Notes: generated from the letters alone by a model not told the origin. Counted from the stretch's first letter, positions 43,577-53,035 are shown. The stretch: 64,000 bases of DNA from Patescibacteria group bacterium (GCA_041665145.1 JBAYJK010000003.1:5177-69176), one strand, 5' to 3'. A program made the numbers and translations.

Positions 43577-45604
43577 ATGAAATTACTTAAACTAAGAGTA
43601 AAGAATTACAAGTCAATTATTGACAGCGGCGAATGCAGTCTTGAAAAAGGAGTGACCATTTTTGCCGGCAAGAACGAAGCGGGGAAAACGGCACTGTTAG
43701 AGGCATTGGAAGATTTTAATCTAAATTCAAAAATAAAGATAGCAGCGGTTCCATTATTCAGGAAAAATAAACAGCCTCAGATTACATTAACATTTGCTGC
43801 TAGTGCATCTGAGCTGAACAATGCTCTGAGAGATTTTGGTCTCCCTCAATTTACAACAGAAACAGAAATAATACTAACAAAAATATATCCTGGCAATACA
43901 TATGTCGTGCCTGATGAGACATTTATTAAATTAGGCATAAAAAATACAACTCTTACAGCCGAAGATGAAAAAGTCCTGAATGAGAAGTATAAACTTATAA
44001 AAGCTGAACTCGAACCGTTTTATCCAGCTATACATCAGCTTTTGCCTGAATTGAATCTTGAAAATCCGGAAATTACTAAAGCTAATTTTCAACAATTTAT
44101 TAGTGCGCCAAAAATTGAGATAACTGATGAAGACTCAAAGTTAACTATTAATTCAATGTCTCAGGACTTTGTTGATGTTCTAAGTATTCCAACTTCAGAC
44201 AGGATACGTGAGAAAATTACTGACGCTTTTACAAGAATAATCCCAACTTTCATACTTTTTAATTCCTTTGAAGACGTGTTTCCATCGACTATAACAATTG
44301 AAGAGGCTGCTAATAGTCCGCTGATGAAAGATCTGGATTTAATTAGTAACCTGAATCTTGATATTCTAAAAAACGGCAATCCTTCGGAGAAGATGGAACA
44401 CAAATTGACACTTAATCAAAGAATGCGAGAGGAGTATCAAAAATATTGGACCCAAGATGTAACTAATCTTCAAGTTGATTATGACAGTGGTAAACTCAAT
44501 TTTTTCATAGTAGAAGATGGTAAATACTACCCTCCCGTTGTTAGGAGCAAGGGTAAACAATGGCATTTGGCTTTCTATATTCGTGTTTCAGCTCGTTCAG
44601 CCGAGGATGTTACGAATATTATTCTTATTGATGAGCCCGGTCTGTTTTTACACGCTACTGCGCAGAAAGATATTCTACGAAAGCTTGAAGACTCTGCTAA
44701 AAGATCTCAAGTAATTTTTACTACTCACTCACCCTACCTTATTGAACAAGACAATTTTATTAGAATACGATTAGTCCAGCGAGGTGTTATTCCGAAGATA
44801 ATCGAACAGAGTTCTCTGGAAGGGAAATTTAATGACAACAAAAATACTTACACAAAGTTAATTGAATTCTACGAAGTGAAGAATCATAAAGATGGCGGGA
44901 ATTATTTTAAGCTTAGAGACAAAGAGTTAAATGAAGACGAAGAAAATGCGATAAGGAACATATTAATTCAGCTTGAATACAACATTGGGACCACTATCGA
45001 AGACAAACTCCATAAGGTTTCGGATAAGGAGACACTAACACCAATATTAACGGCTATTGGACTTGAGCTTACTGATGGAATTAATAGCACCGAAAAAGTT
45101 AGAAACGTTGTATGCGAAGGACTATCTGACGTATTTTATCTTCAAGCGTTTAAGAGACTAATAAACAATGCAGATAACAATTTTATATTTGGGGGAGGCT
45201 CTGGCAATATGCCAATTGTTGGCACTATTTTGTCGGGGTGGGGTTGTAAGATTCTATATCTTTACGATAATGACAAGGGTAAAAAGGATGGAGAAAAAAA
45301 CCTTAAGAAAAATTGGTTAATTACAACAGGGCAAATTCTTTCTGTGGTTGAGAAGATTGGAGGAAGTGTTGAGGATGTCTTTGAACAGGTTGACTTTAAG
45401 AAATTTGTTCTTGAAGATGAAAAAACCTTAATCAAGAAAACTAACTCTGAATACATGAAAGTCGAAGGAAAAGACAAAGTTATGCATGCTAAAAATTTTT
45501 ATCGTTTATGTGAAGCAAACAAGGTTGTTATGTCAGCTACTACTATGAAGAGAATTAAAGTTATTTTTGATGAATTTAGTAAGAGATTTAAGGAAGAATT
45601 CTAG
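43577..45604 (+). CDS. OLD-family / PARIS-like ABC-ATPase-Toprim nuclease
   Basis: 675 aa. The start is MKLLKLRVKNYKSI. It has Walker A GKNEAGKT, signature-like RSKGKQW, Walker B IILIDEPGLFLH, H-loop TTHSP, and a C-terminal Toprim-like VVCEGLSD...LYLYDNDKG. GGAG lies 8 nt upstream of the ATG, and TATAAT at 43549..43554. Confidence 0.75.
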   Translation: MKLLKLRVKNYKSIIDSGECSLEKGVTIFAGKNEAGKTALLEALEDFNLNSKIKIAAVPLFRKNKQPQITLTFAASASELNNALRDFGLPQFTTETEIILTKIYPGNTYVVPDETFIKLGIKNTTLTAEDEKVLNEKYKLIKAELEPFYPAIHQLLPELNLENPEITKANFQQFISAPKIEITDEDSKLTINSMSQDFVDVLSIPTSDRIREKITDAFTRIIPTFILFNSFEDVFPSTITIEEAANSPLMKDLDLISNLNLDILKNGNPSEKMEHKLTLNQRMREEYQKYWTQDVTNLQVDYDSGKLNFFIVEDGKYYPPVVRSKGKQWHLAFYIRVSARSAEDVTNIILIDEPGLFLHATAQKDILRKLEDSAKRSQVIFTTHSPYLIEQDNFIRIRLVQRGVIPKIIEQSSLEGKFNDNKNTYTKLIEFYEVKNHKDGGNYFKLRDKELNEDEENAIRNILIQLEYNIGTTIEDKLHKVSDKETLTPILTAIGLELTDGINSTEKVRNVVCEGLSDVFYLQAFKRLINNADNNFIFGGGSGNMPIVGTILSGWGCKILYLYDNDKGKKDGEKNLKKNWLITTGQILSVVEKIGGSVEDVFEQVDFKKFVLEDEKTLIKKTNSEYMKVEGKDKVMHAKNFYRLCEANKVVMSATTMKRIKVIFDEFSKRFKEEF

Positions 45605-45737
45605 GCTGTTAAATTGTATCGCACAAGCATTTTTTGTAGCGTGTTCTCGATAAGTGCTCTGAGCCTTTGTAACTTATTTTCGTAAGCTCTATAGCTGAAA
45701 GTTATAACTAAATATCTTATTAGTTATGGTATTTAGG

Positions 45738-46274
45738 TTATTTCGAATATACCGTTTCGCGTGTTATCGGTTCGGGTCGCAATCCGCCGATGCGCTTAAA
45801 CGGAAATTTCTTTCCTTGAGGTTCAAGAGGTCCCATTTCACTACCCTCAATCCAGTATGCACTGGTTTCATCAGGATGTGCGGCTGGTTGCGTTCCGTAG
45901 CAAATTGCGGAGTTTGGTTGGACATATCTGATCTTACTCGGAGGTTCTGGCAAAATACCATCTGCAGGGCGATGATAGGTAAAAGTAACGAGCATTTTTC
46001 CCTTCATCTTGCCTATACCGTATGAGATTCCAAAAGCTTCGATTAAACACATCGGAATACGTTGGGTCGAGTCATTCTCGTCAAGATAAGCCAGCCACAA
46101 CATGTCTACGAAATCACCCTGCGTTAAGTATGGGGCACGAACGATTCTGAGCGGGATAATGTTTTGCAACAACGTGCCATCGGTCAAACGGAGTGTTTCT
46201 CTCGGCAACTGAACACCCTCTTTCTGCCCGCGCATGTGTTGGACAACCTGACCATATTCTGCAGCCATGGGCAA
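45738..46274 (-). CDS. Hypothetical protein
   Basis: 178 aa. It lies 10 nt downstream of the 635-aa surface protein gene on the same strand. No motif was recognised. Confidence 0.45.
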   Translation of the reverse strand: MPMAAEYGQVVQHMRGQKEGVQLPRETLRLTDGTLLQNIIPLRIVRAPYLTQGDFVDMLWLAYLDENDSTQRIPMCLIEAFGISYGIGKMKGKMLVTFTYHRPADGILPEPPSKIRYVQPNSAICYGTQPAAHPDETSAYWIEGSEMGPLEPQGKKFPFKRIGGLRPEPITRETVYSK

Positions 46275-46284
46275 TTATACCATA

Positions 46285-48192
46285 TTACAGCCTTGCTGCA
46301 GGCTTTTTCAGGAATACCAGCAACCCACCGACTGCTCCGAGCATCAGAACAATAAAGAATGCAAAAAGCGGAAGCAGCGCATTCTGTTGGTTTGCCGCAC
46401 TCACCGATTCCTGTGACGGCATACCCGTTGGGCTGACCGGTGTTTGAGACACGGTACGGGCGAAACTCTGTTTGAGTGCTGTCACCAATTCCGTTTTCGG
46501 TTTATAGGCAGCGGTCAAGACTTGCTCATTGGTGGTTGTGTACATGTTCCGTTTTGTCTCTGCAAAGTACGCCTTGTTCACCCGTGCAAATTCCTGAGGA
46601 GAGAGCGTTACTTTGTTTTCAGGATTAGCAGGATCCGTAAAGCGGAGTACGAACGGAAATGTGGGGATTCTCTTGCCGTTGAAGACAAAGAAACCGTCCG
46701 CATCTGCATTAGTGAATGCATAAGAGGCATTCGCAAGCTTGGGAATAACTATTTCAACAATTGCCCGGGGTATAACTGCGCCGCTTTCACTGACTGCGAA
46801 ACCGGTAACGGATGTCGGCATAAGTGCGACCTCGGTAGCGACAACCGCCTGTTTGGGTGGTATTGTAGCGGTACTGATGAGTGACAGTTTCTCTACTTCC
46901 AGTCCGATGTTACCGTCAAAGCCGTCAGGGAGTACCGATTCGGGAATCGTCAGGATGTATTGTCGGTCTGCGTCTGTCTGCATTTGGGTCTTAACGACTC
47001 CATTGATCAGCGCACGCACTATTGTTTTGGGATGTGAAACCATACCTTTGATGATGTAGTTCGTTTTGTCGTGCATGACATTTTTGGTTTCAATCAGCGC
47101 GTTCGAACCGGTATAATTCGCGTTTTTGGGCATTACCACAACGTCGCGTCTTTCAGGCATCCCGGCTTTTTCAACAATCTCCTCGTCAATCGATGAATAC
47201 AAACGGGTAGTGTCAATATAAATACCGTTCGGGTCGATCACTTTCAACGAACGCACGACCTCTTCCAATGTTGCTGCATCGGTCGGAAACGTAAAATCAT
47301 CTGACTTTGGAGTCAGATAATATGTTCCTGCAGGAATCGCAAAATTAAATGTTCCGTCAGCAACCGTCTTATACGGATTCAGGAACATCGGATTTTGCGG
47401 GTTTACGGTCTGAACCTTGTTGTTTCCTTGCTTGTTGAAAAGAGTTATCTCCATATTCTGAACCGGTTCAAGTGTCTTTGCGTCAATGACGCGTCCGTAC
47501 GGGTCCCATTGCACCGAAACGCAGTTTGTTGCCGCGTCGGGCAGCTGTTGTTGTGGGGTAAATGTCGCCAATTTTAGTGCCAACCCGACAGCGTCAGTTT
47601 GTGCCGTGCCGGAAAGGTTGGTAAGAATCTGCATTCCGAAAAAATTCTGATCCAAAAATTGTGATGTCCAACTCATGACATGCGGAACCGTGAGTGTACC
47701 GTCACCCGCCGGCATGATGGCTGTTTTTGACTGATCCAAAACCTTAAAGTCCATTCCGTAGCCCTGACTTGCAAAGGTCGGAACCGTTGCATCAGGACAT
47801 GTTGATACACCATCTTTATCAACTGCACAGGTAAATTCTCCCTGGTGTTCCCGTAAAATGCTTACCGATTTTGTCGGTTCGAATTTGTATACCTGAGTTC
47901 CGCTGACTTTGTTTTTAAGCATCGCGACATGGGCATAGATGTTGTTATCGGCCGAATTTCTCCATAAATGAAAATAATGTAATAACCCCTCGTCGTTAAA
48001 AAATTCCTCCTGATCATGTGTAAGAAGTAATCCGGCATATTGTGTCATTCGGCTGTCGTGCGGATCGGGTACTACATACGCGTCAAGACAGCTCACTAAG
48101 ACATTTTGGGCAGTGTCAGCAGCATAGATGCGGGAAACCGGTCCGAGCAGAAATGTAATAACGAGAAGAAAGATCACCAGTAATTTCTTCAT
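46285..48192 (-). CDS. Secreted/surface protein with carboxypeptidase-regulatory-like Ig-fold repeats and a C-terminal membrane anchor
   Basis: 635 aa. The signal peptide is MKKLLVIFLLVITFLLGPVSRIYA. Segments like GFAVSESGAVIPRAIVEIV...TNADADGFFVF resemble CarboxypepD_reg. The C-terminus is hydrophobic with a KKPAARL tail. Confidence 0.55.
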   Translation of the reverse strand: MKKLLVIFLLVITFLLGPVSRIYAADTAQNVLVSCLDAYVVPDPHDSRMTQYAGLLLTHDQEEFFNDEGLLHYFHLWRNSADNNIYAHVAMLKNKVSGTQVYKFEPTKSVSILREHQGEFTCAVDKDGVSTCPDATVPTFASQGYGMDFKVLDQSKTAIMPAGDGTLTVPHVMSWTSQFLDQNFFGMQILTNLSGTAQTDAVGLALKLATFTPQQQLPDAATNCVSVQWDPYGRVIDAKTLEPVQNMEITLFNKQGNNKVQTVNPQNPMFLNPYKTVADGTFNFAIPAGTYYLTPKSDDFTFPTDAATLEEVVRSLKVIDPNGIYIDTTRLYSSIDEEIVEKAGMPERRDVVVMPKNANYTGSNALIETKNVMHDKTNYIIKGMVSHPKTIVRALINGVVKTQMQTDADRQYILTIPESVLPDGFDGNIGLEVEKLSLISTATIPPKQAVVATEVALMPTSVTGFAVSESGAVIPRAIVEIVIPKLANASYAFTNADADGFFVFNGKRIPTFPFVLRFTDPANPENKVTLSPQEFARVNKAYFAETKRNMYTTTNEQVLTAAYKPKTELVTALKQSFARTVSQTPVSPTGMPSQESVSAANQQNALLPLFAFFIVLMLGAVGGLLVFLKKPAARL

Positions 48193-48240
48193 AATATATA
48201 TAGAACTAATATGTACTAGTAAAACAATAGCATTTATGAG

Positions 48241-49674
48241 TTATTTGTCAAGAATCAGGCCGGAGATGACAACCCGTGTTCCTTGTGTTTTATTCGGTTC
48301 AACAGATATCCGTAACTGTCGTGCATCACAAATTTCTTTGACAATCGAAAGTCCGAGGCCGAATCCTTCGACTGCGCCGACAGTCGAACCGCGATAAAAT
48401 TCTTCAAACCCATGAGCGAGGGCGTCCGGACTCATACCGGTGCCATTGTCGGAAACGGTCAGTATGCCGCCGGTACCGATTTTGCGCAGTGTTACACTGA
48501 TTTTTGCCGGGGTTGTGCTGTATTTCAATGCGTTCGAGATAAGATTACCAAGTATTATTTTAAGTTCTTCCGTACTCAGTTGTACGGCCGAAACGGCGAA
48601 TTTTGTCACGATACTGGCTTGTTTGGCTTTTATAAGGGTTGAATTCTGTTGCGTAATATACTTCAACACAGTACGGAGATTGGCCGTTGCCTCACGGGAA
48701 AAACCCTTCTTGATAGTAGCTTGAATAAGCAGTGTGTTGACCAGTTCATTCAGGTGGTGCAGGTCAGCTTTTATCAACGGCAACTCGCCCAAACCTTTTC
48801 GATATTGTTTATCCTTCAAATAGCGTGAGGCGATATCGATTGAGGAGATTGCCTGTGTAAGGGGAGTTTTCAGCTCGTGCGAAGCATGTGAAATAAAATT
48901 TTTCTGTTTTTCCACACCCTCCTCCAACCTGTCAAGCATGGCATTCAGCGAATGGGAAAGTTGAACAATTTCGTCATCCTTGGCGCCTTTGATCTCTATC
49001 CGCTTATGTAACGTGTCCGTCTCGATTTTTTGCATGAGTTTGAGTATTCGTCCCAGCGGAGCAAACGCACTGGTTACCGTCATACTGGCAAGTACGAAGC
49101 TGATTATCACACCGGAGGGAATAAAGAACAGCATCAACAGGTAGTTAAGATACAACAGCGAGTTGGTGCTACTCATATCTTTCCCGACCTGCAACACACC
49201 CAAGAAACCGGATTCATTTACGAGCGGTATAAGGATTGTTTCAAACTCCCCTATTTCTGCTTCCCGCTTGGTGATGTAAACGGGCTTCAAGGTTTTGCGG
49301 GCAGTGTTGATCGCCACTATTTCCGACGGCGAGTCTTCGTAGATCTCATCGCGCTCACTGGTCAGAAACGCTCCGTACCGCGCGACAGATTTGAGATTTT
49401 GGTCGTATATGGATGCGGAGAGACTTCGATACCTCAGCGAAGTTCCCAGAGTTTCTTCGTGAACGTTTTTTTTGAGAAATATCGCAGTACCCCGTAACAC
49501 AACATGGTCACGGATCAGGTCGTTACCGCGACTGAGAAGTTCCTGCCGCGTGCTGTCCCGCACTACGAAACCGTACACAAACGAGAATAGGAGCGCTACG
49601 GTCGTTACCGCGAGTGCAATAAAAAACGAAAGTTGAATGGCAAGACGGGTTTTAGTTTTTATCTGAGAGAACAT
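48241..49674 (-). CDS. Sensor histidine kinase
   Basis: 477 aa. It has two TM helices, a HAMP-like linker, the H-box SHASHELKTPL, and an HATPase region (N box, DNGTGM, GFGLGLSIV). Confidence 0.9.
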   Translation of the reverse strand: MFSQIKTKTRLAIQLSFFIALAVTTVALLFSFVYGFVVRDSTRQELLSRGNDLIRDHVVLRGTAIFLKKNVHEETLGTSLRYRSLSASIYDQNLKSVARYGAFLTSERDEIYEDSPSEIVAINTARKTLKPVYITKREAEIGEFETILIPLVNESGFLGVLQVGKDMSSTNSLLYLNYLLMLFFIPSGVIISFVLASMTVTSAFAPLGRILKLMQKIETDTLHKRIEIKGAKDDEIVQLSHSLNAMLDRLEEGVEKQKNFISHASHELKTPLTQAISSIDIASRYLKDKQYRKGLGELPLIKADLHHLNELVNTLLIQATIKKGFSREATANLRTVLKYITQQNSTLIKAKQASIVTKFAVSAVQLSTEELKIILGNLISNALKYSTTPAKISVTLRKIGTGGILTVSDNGTGMSPDALAHGFEEFYRGSTVGAVEGFGLGLSIVKEICDARQLRISVEPNKTQGTRVVISGLILDK

Positions 49675-50329
49675 AGCCGACTCCTTTCACGGTTGTAATG
49701 GGAACGGTGATCCCGTTTTTTCTGAACTTTGTACGCAGGAACGCAACATGCACGTCAACGGTATTTGAAAACGGGTCTGCATTTTCATCCCAGGCATGGG
49801 ACAAGAGTTGATCTCGCGTAAGTGCCTGGTTTTTATGAATTGCCAGATACTCGAGTAAACTGTATTCTTTCTGGGACAGCAAAATCGGTTTGTTTTTCCA
49901 AAATACTGAATGGTTGTTGGTGTCGATGAGCAGATTTCCGACAGCTATGGTCGGGTTACGCACTTCCCGTTCGTTCCGGCGGAGCAACGCACGCACCCGC
50001 GCACACAATTCTTCGGCGTCATACGGTTTTGTCACGTAGTCATCCGCTCCGGCATCTAGACCTTCAACTTTTTGTTCGAGCTGAGTTTTTGCTGTCAGCA
50101 TGAGTATCGGTGTGTGTGATCCGTTTTCTCTGACAGTTGCACAGAAATCACGTCCGTCTCCATCCGGAAGCATCCTGTCCAACAGTATCAGGTCATAGGG
50201 TTCATCAGCCACTTTTTGCCGTGCCTCAGTAAGCGTATGACAAACATCGACGGCATATGTTTCATGCTTCAGAATTGTCTGAAGGTTATCCGCGAGACGT
50301 TTGTTGTCTTCTATGATGAGTATTTTCAT
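49652..50329 (-). CDS. OmpR-family response regulator
   Basis: 225 aa. It has the receiver motifs (DLILLD, LMLTAK) and a winged-helix output domain (TVKGVGY). Confidence 0.93.
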   Translation of the reverse strand: MKILIIEDNKRLADNLQTILKHETYAVDVCHTLTEARQKVADEPYDLILLDRMLPDGDGRDFCATVRENGSHTPILMLTAKTQLEQKVEGLDAGADDYVTKPYDAEELCARVRALLRRNEREVRNPTIAVGNLLIDTNNHSVFWKNKPILLSQKEYSLLEYLAIHKNQALTRDQLLSHAWDENADPFSNTVDVHVAFLRTKFRKNGITVPITTVKGVGYVLSDKN

Positions 50330-50860
50330 TTAAATGCGGTATCGCTGCATTTGCTGAAATATACCGTCACCGTGTTCTCCATTGAAAATGTCAGTCATGT
50401 CAGCCCCGCACGAGAATATATTACCACCTGAGTGATCAAAACGGAATTGGGTTATATCAAACTGCTGACCACGCACGGTAACGATACATCGGTTGTCTAC
50501 AACCGGTTGAGGTGCCGGGGTATCCGCTACGGGGGCCGGAACATCTGCAGCAACGGGAATTTCGGCTATCGGTTGTTGTTCTATCTGCTGAGGCTGAACC
50601 TCCTGCTGCACGGGTTCGGCAGGAACCGTTTCCGTTGAATTTGTCGCCGTTGTTGTTACAGGAGTTGTCGAGCCCATTGAAGAAATCGCTGATTTCAGTA
50701 CGTCAGTTGGAGTGAGGGGAGATTGACTGACTGTTGGCGATGCCAATGCGTTGGTGTTTTTTTGCTTGGTGAGAGTACTTTGCCCAACAACCAGCACGGT
50801 AACTGTCAGGAAATTAAGTAAAACAACCAAAGCGGTGTAGCGGATGATAGAAAGTTTCAT
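50330..50860 (-). CDS. Membrane-anchored protein with a C-terminal cytochrome b5-like (H-S-G-G) domain
   Basis: 176 aa. It has an N-terminal TM helix, a low-complexity linker, and a C-terminal VTVRGQQFDITQFRFDHSGGNIFSCGADMT that resembles the b5 HPGG heme-ligand region. Confidence 0.5.
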   Translation of the reverse strand: MKLSIIRYTALVVLLNFLTVTVLVVGQSTLTKQKNTNALASPTVSQSPLTPTDVLKSAISSMGSTTPVTTTATNSTETVPAEPVQQEVQPQQIEQQPIAEIPVAADVPAPVADTPAPQPVVDNRCIVTVRGQQFDITQFRFDHSGGNIFSCGADMTDIFNGEHGDGIFQQMQRYRI

Positions 50861-52140
50861 CGCAGGGCAAAATCTTCATAACTTATTTTACTTTTGCGTA
50901 CCCCAAGTTGTATGAACTGTTCAGCCAGTGACTGCATCATGGTTTGCGGACCGCATAAGAAAACCATGACGTCTTTGATATTGAAACCGGTTTCTTTTTG
51001 TATCTTTTGTGCTGTGAGTCGCCCGTTCTCTTTGGTGTTGTTCAGAATATAATTCACCGGTTGCCCGGCAAGGTGCGCAAGCGACAGTTCCTGGTCAAAA
51101 ACCGCTTCGTTTTTTGACGAAACACTGTAATAACAATACGTTTTTTTAACTCCGTCAGGCGTTGTCAGCGAACGGACCATACTTACGAGCGGCGCGATGC
51201 CTATTCCGCCTCCTACCAGAATTGATGTTTCTGTTGTCCCGAAGCGCTCACCGAATTGGCCGTGCGGGCCGTAAACGGTGACCTGTTCGCCTTTTTTTAT
51301 ATTCCGTAAGCGGAGGGTGTAATCTCCGTCAATTTTTACCGAAACCCGTAAACATGAATCGTGAATTCCCGAAGAAATGGAAAACGGGTGCGGCTCACGA
51401 CCGATAGCGGGGTTTTTGACGGCAAGAAAAACAAATTGTCCGGGAACAAACTGGAATGATGAATGTGATAATCGAATAGAGATGTTAATAACGTCACCAC
51501 TCCGCTCAACAGCTTCTATTTCCCCGTTCACATGCGGTCCAATAAACCGGTACAGAAATCGGATATACGCGTATGCTGAGAGGGCAAAAAAAAGCAACGC
51601 CAGCATCCATATCCGCAACGGCAGAAAATCGCTGACGTCACTCTCGATGGTGAATACATGCAGCAATCCCAAAAGTACGACTATGCCCACATATTCATGA
51701 GTCCGTTTCCATATATGGTACGGGAGCTTAACAAATAATGTCAATGAAATGAGAATAATAAAAAGCCAGAACGCGGCAATCCCGAACAAGTACGGCAGAT
51801 TGTCAAACGACGGGATAAGGTAAATAAGCGTTACTTGTGCGTTCGGAATTGTTTTTAACATCAGGAAAAGCGGATGGTTAATGAGAAACATAAAAGCAAA
51901 TGCACCGGTAATATGGTGTATCCTATAGACTTTATCCAATCCACCGAAAAGCTTTTCCAACACTTTAAAACGGACAGTCATCAAAAATGAAACAGCCAAA
52001 AGTGTTGTCCCGACAAGTGCGGCAACTTGATTCGCGACTGTTAACGGCGAGACTGACATAAAGTACCGGGGATCTTTCCCAAGAATATAAAGGGCAAGTG
52101 TATTTACTACTCCCAAAATAATAAGTGTTATTCCCAACAT
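50857..52140 (-). CDS. NOX/ferric-reductase-like membrane flavocytochrome (FRD TM domain plus FAD plus NAD(P)H domains)
   Basis: 427 aa. It has two His pairs spaced 13 residues apart in TM helices (HHITGAFAFMFLINH; HEYVGIVVLLGLLH), the FAD motif HPFSISS, the NAD(P)H motif GGGIGIAP, and a C-terminal LCGP. Confidence 0.8.
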   Translation of the reverse strand: MLGITLIILGVVNTLALYILGKDPRYFMSVSPLTVANQVAALVGTTLLAVSFLMTVRFKVLEKLFGGLDKVYRIHHITGAFAFMFLINHPLFLMLKTIPNAQVTLIYLIPSFDNLPYLFGIAAFWLFIILISLTLFVKLPYHIWKRTHEYVGIVVLLGLLHVFTIESDVSDFLPLRIWMLALLFFALSAYAYIRFLYRFIGPHVNGEIEAVERSGDVINISIRLSHSSFQFVPGQFVFLAVKNPAIGREPHPFSISSGIHDSCLRVSVKIDGDYTLRLRNIKKGEQVTVYGPHGQFGERFGTTETSILVGGGIGIAPLVSMVRSLTTPDGVKKTYCYYSVSSKNEAVFDQELSLAHLAGQPVNYILNNTKENGRLTAQKIQKETGFNIKDVMVFLCGPQTMMQSLAEQFIQLGVRKSKISYEDFALR

Positions 52141-52148
52141 GATTGTAT

Positions 52149-52514
52149 TCAGCGTAATATTCCGATGACAGAATATTTCTTTTTTATAATTCCCTCCCCC
52201 GCAATATGTAATTCAAAGGAAGCATCCCGTCCGGCAAGGGAATGGTACGGTCCGTTAATTTCATAGTATTTTCTGCCCTGTGACACGTCGTACACATACC
52301 CGTCAAGAGCAAGATATACGGGTTTGTGGGGATCTGTGCCATTATACTGAAGAAGATCGTTTTTTGTAAATACCGGCAGTTTTACCGAGTTCTTCGCCCG
52401 GGATTCTGCCCTGATTTGGCTATTCTGGAAGGCAAGAAACCCGAGCGTAACTGTAGCAGGAAGTACTATTCCTGCTACAATCACTCCCAACAACGGACGG
52501 AAAAACCTTTTCAT
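52149..52514 (-). CDS. Membrane-anchored cytochrome b5-like heme/steroid-binding (MAPR-like) protein
   Basis: 121 aa. It has an N-terminal TM helix, then FTKNDLLQYNGTDPHKPVYLALDGYVYDVSQGRKYY..GPYHSLAGRDASFEL. Confidence 0.7.
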   Translation of the reverse strand: MKRFFRPLLGVIVAGIVLPATVTLGFLAFQNSQIRAESRAKNSVKLPVFTKNDLLQYNGTDPHKPVYLALDGYVYDVSQGRKYYEINGPYHSLAGRDASFELHIAGEGIIKKKYSVIGILR

Positions 52515-52516
52515 GT

Positions 52517-53035
52517 TCAGTTTTCCGACTTGTGTTCGGGAACTTCTGTGGGCTCAGGTCTTTCAGTCGGATGCACCTCTGTCTTGTGTTCTTCTTTCTC
52601 TTCATTGTCCTCCTTTTTTTCCTCGTGTTCATAGAGCTTCTTCGAATCTTCGGTTTCGCTGTCCTCATCCTCATGTTCTTTCGAAATAGGCGTGAGTCGT
52701 GAAACAGCTGTCGATACCGAAGTCGGGACTGCAATACTCGCTTTTGCAGTTGCAGCCGTTGTTAACGAACTAGGGCTTGTTTTTGCCGGACTTGTCGGTT
52801 GTTTGGTCGGACTCGGTTGTGTGACCGCGACTCTCACTGCTGAACGGACGCTTGTCCCCGCCGCAAGCGTTCCCGTCGGCGTCGGCGTGGCAGATACGGT
52901 TCCTGTCGGCTCAGGTTTGTTGGCTTGTACCTGAGGAAGATTCTTTATTATTTTATAACTTGCTACTCCGCTCGTGCCGATCGATGTCGTGATGAATAGC
53001 AGAAGCAGCAGATTTGATCCCAGTTTTTGCAACAT
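52517..53035 (-). CDS. Membrane-anchored low-complexity protein with a His/Glu/Asp-rich tail
   Basis: The start is set at MLQKLGSN (ATG 53035). The track ORF extends to 53110. It has a TM helix, a Thr/Pro/Ala-rich linker, and a C-terminal HEDEDSETEDS...HEEKKEDNEEKEEHKTEVHPTE. Confidence 0.45.
   Translation of the reverse strand: MLQKLGSNLLLLLFITTSIGTSGVASYKIIKNLPQVQANKPEPTGTVSATPTPTGTLAAGTSVRSAVRVAVTQPSPTKQPTSPAKTSPSSLTTAATAKASIAVPTSVSTAVSRLTPISKEHEDEDSETEDSKKLYEHEEKKEDNEEKEEHKTEVHPTERPEPTEVPEHKSEN

Noticed and set aside
43577-45604. The OLD-like ATPase-nuclease could be GajA of a Gabija system.
   Set aside because: No UvrD-like helicase (GajB) follows. The next gene is convergent and belongs to a different operon. 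The Toprim motif looks DUF4435-like rather than GajA-like.
45738-45800. A T-arm-like string (atcggttcgggtcgcaatccgccgat) near the far end of the OLD gene region could be the second att site of an island.
   Set aside because: It lies inside the coding 3' end of 45738..46274 (…GGLRPEPITRET…). It does not match the 12-nt direct repeat TCGTCGGTTCCC found at the tRNA locus, so the similarity is likely coincidental.
52420-52934. ORFs 52420..52734(-), 52326..52634(+) and 52692..52934(+) overlap the low-complexity region.
   Set aside because: They overlap the b5-like gene and the His/acidic-tail gene in alternative frames. They are Arg/Lys- or Cys/Ser-rich translations of repetitive GAA/GAG-rich DNA, with no independent start signals.
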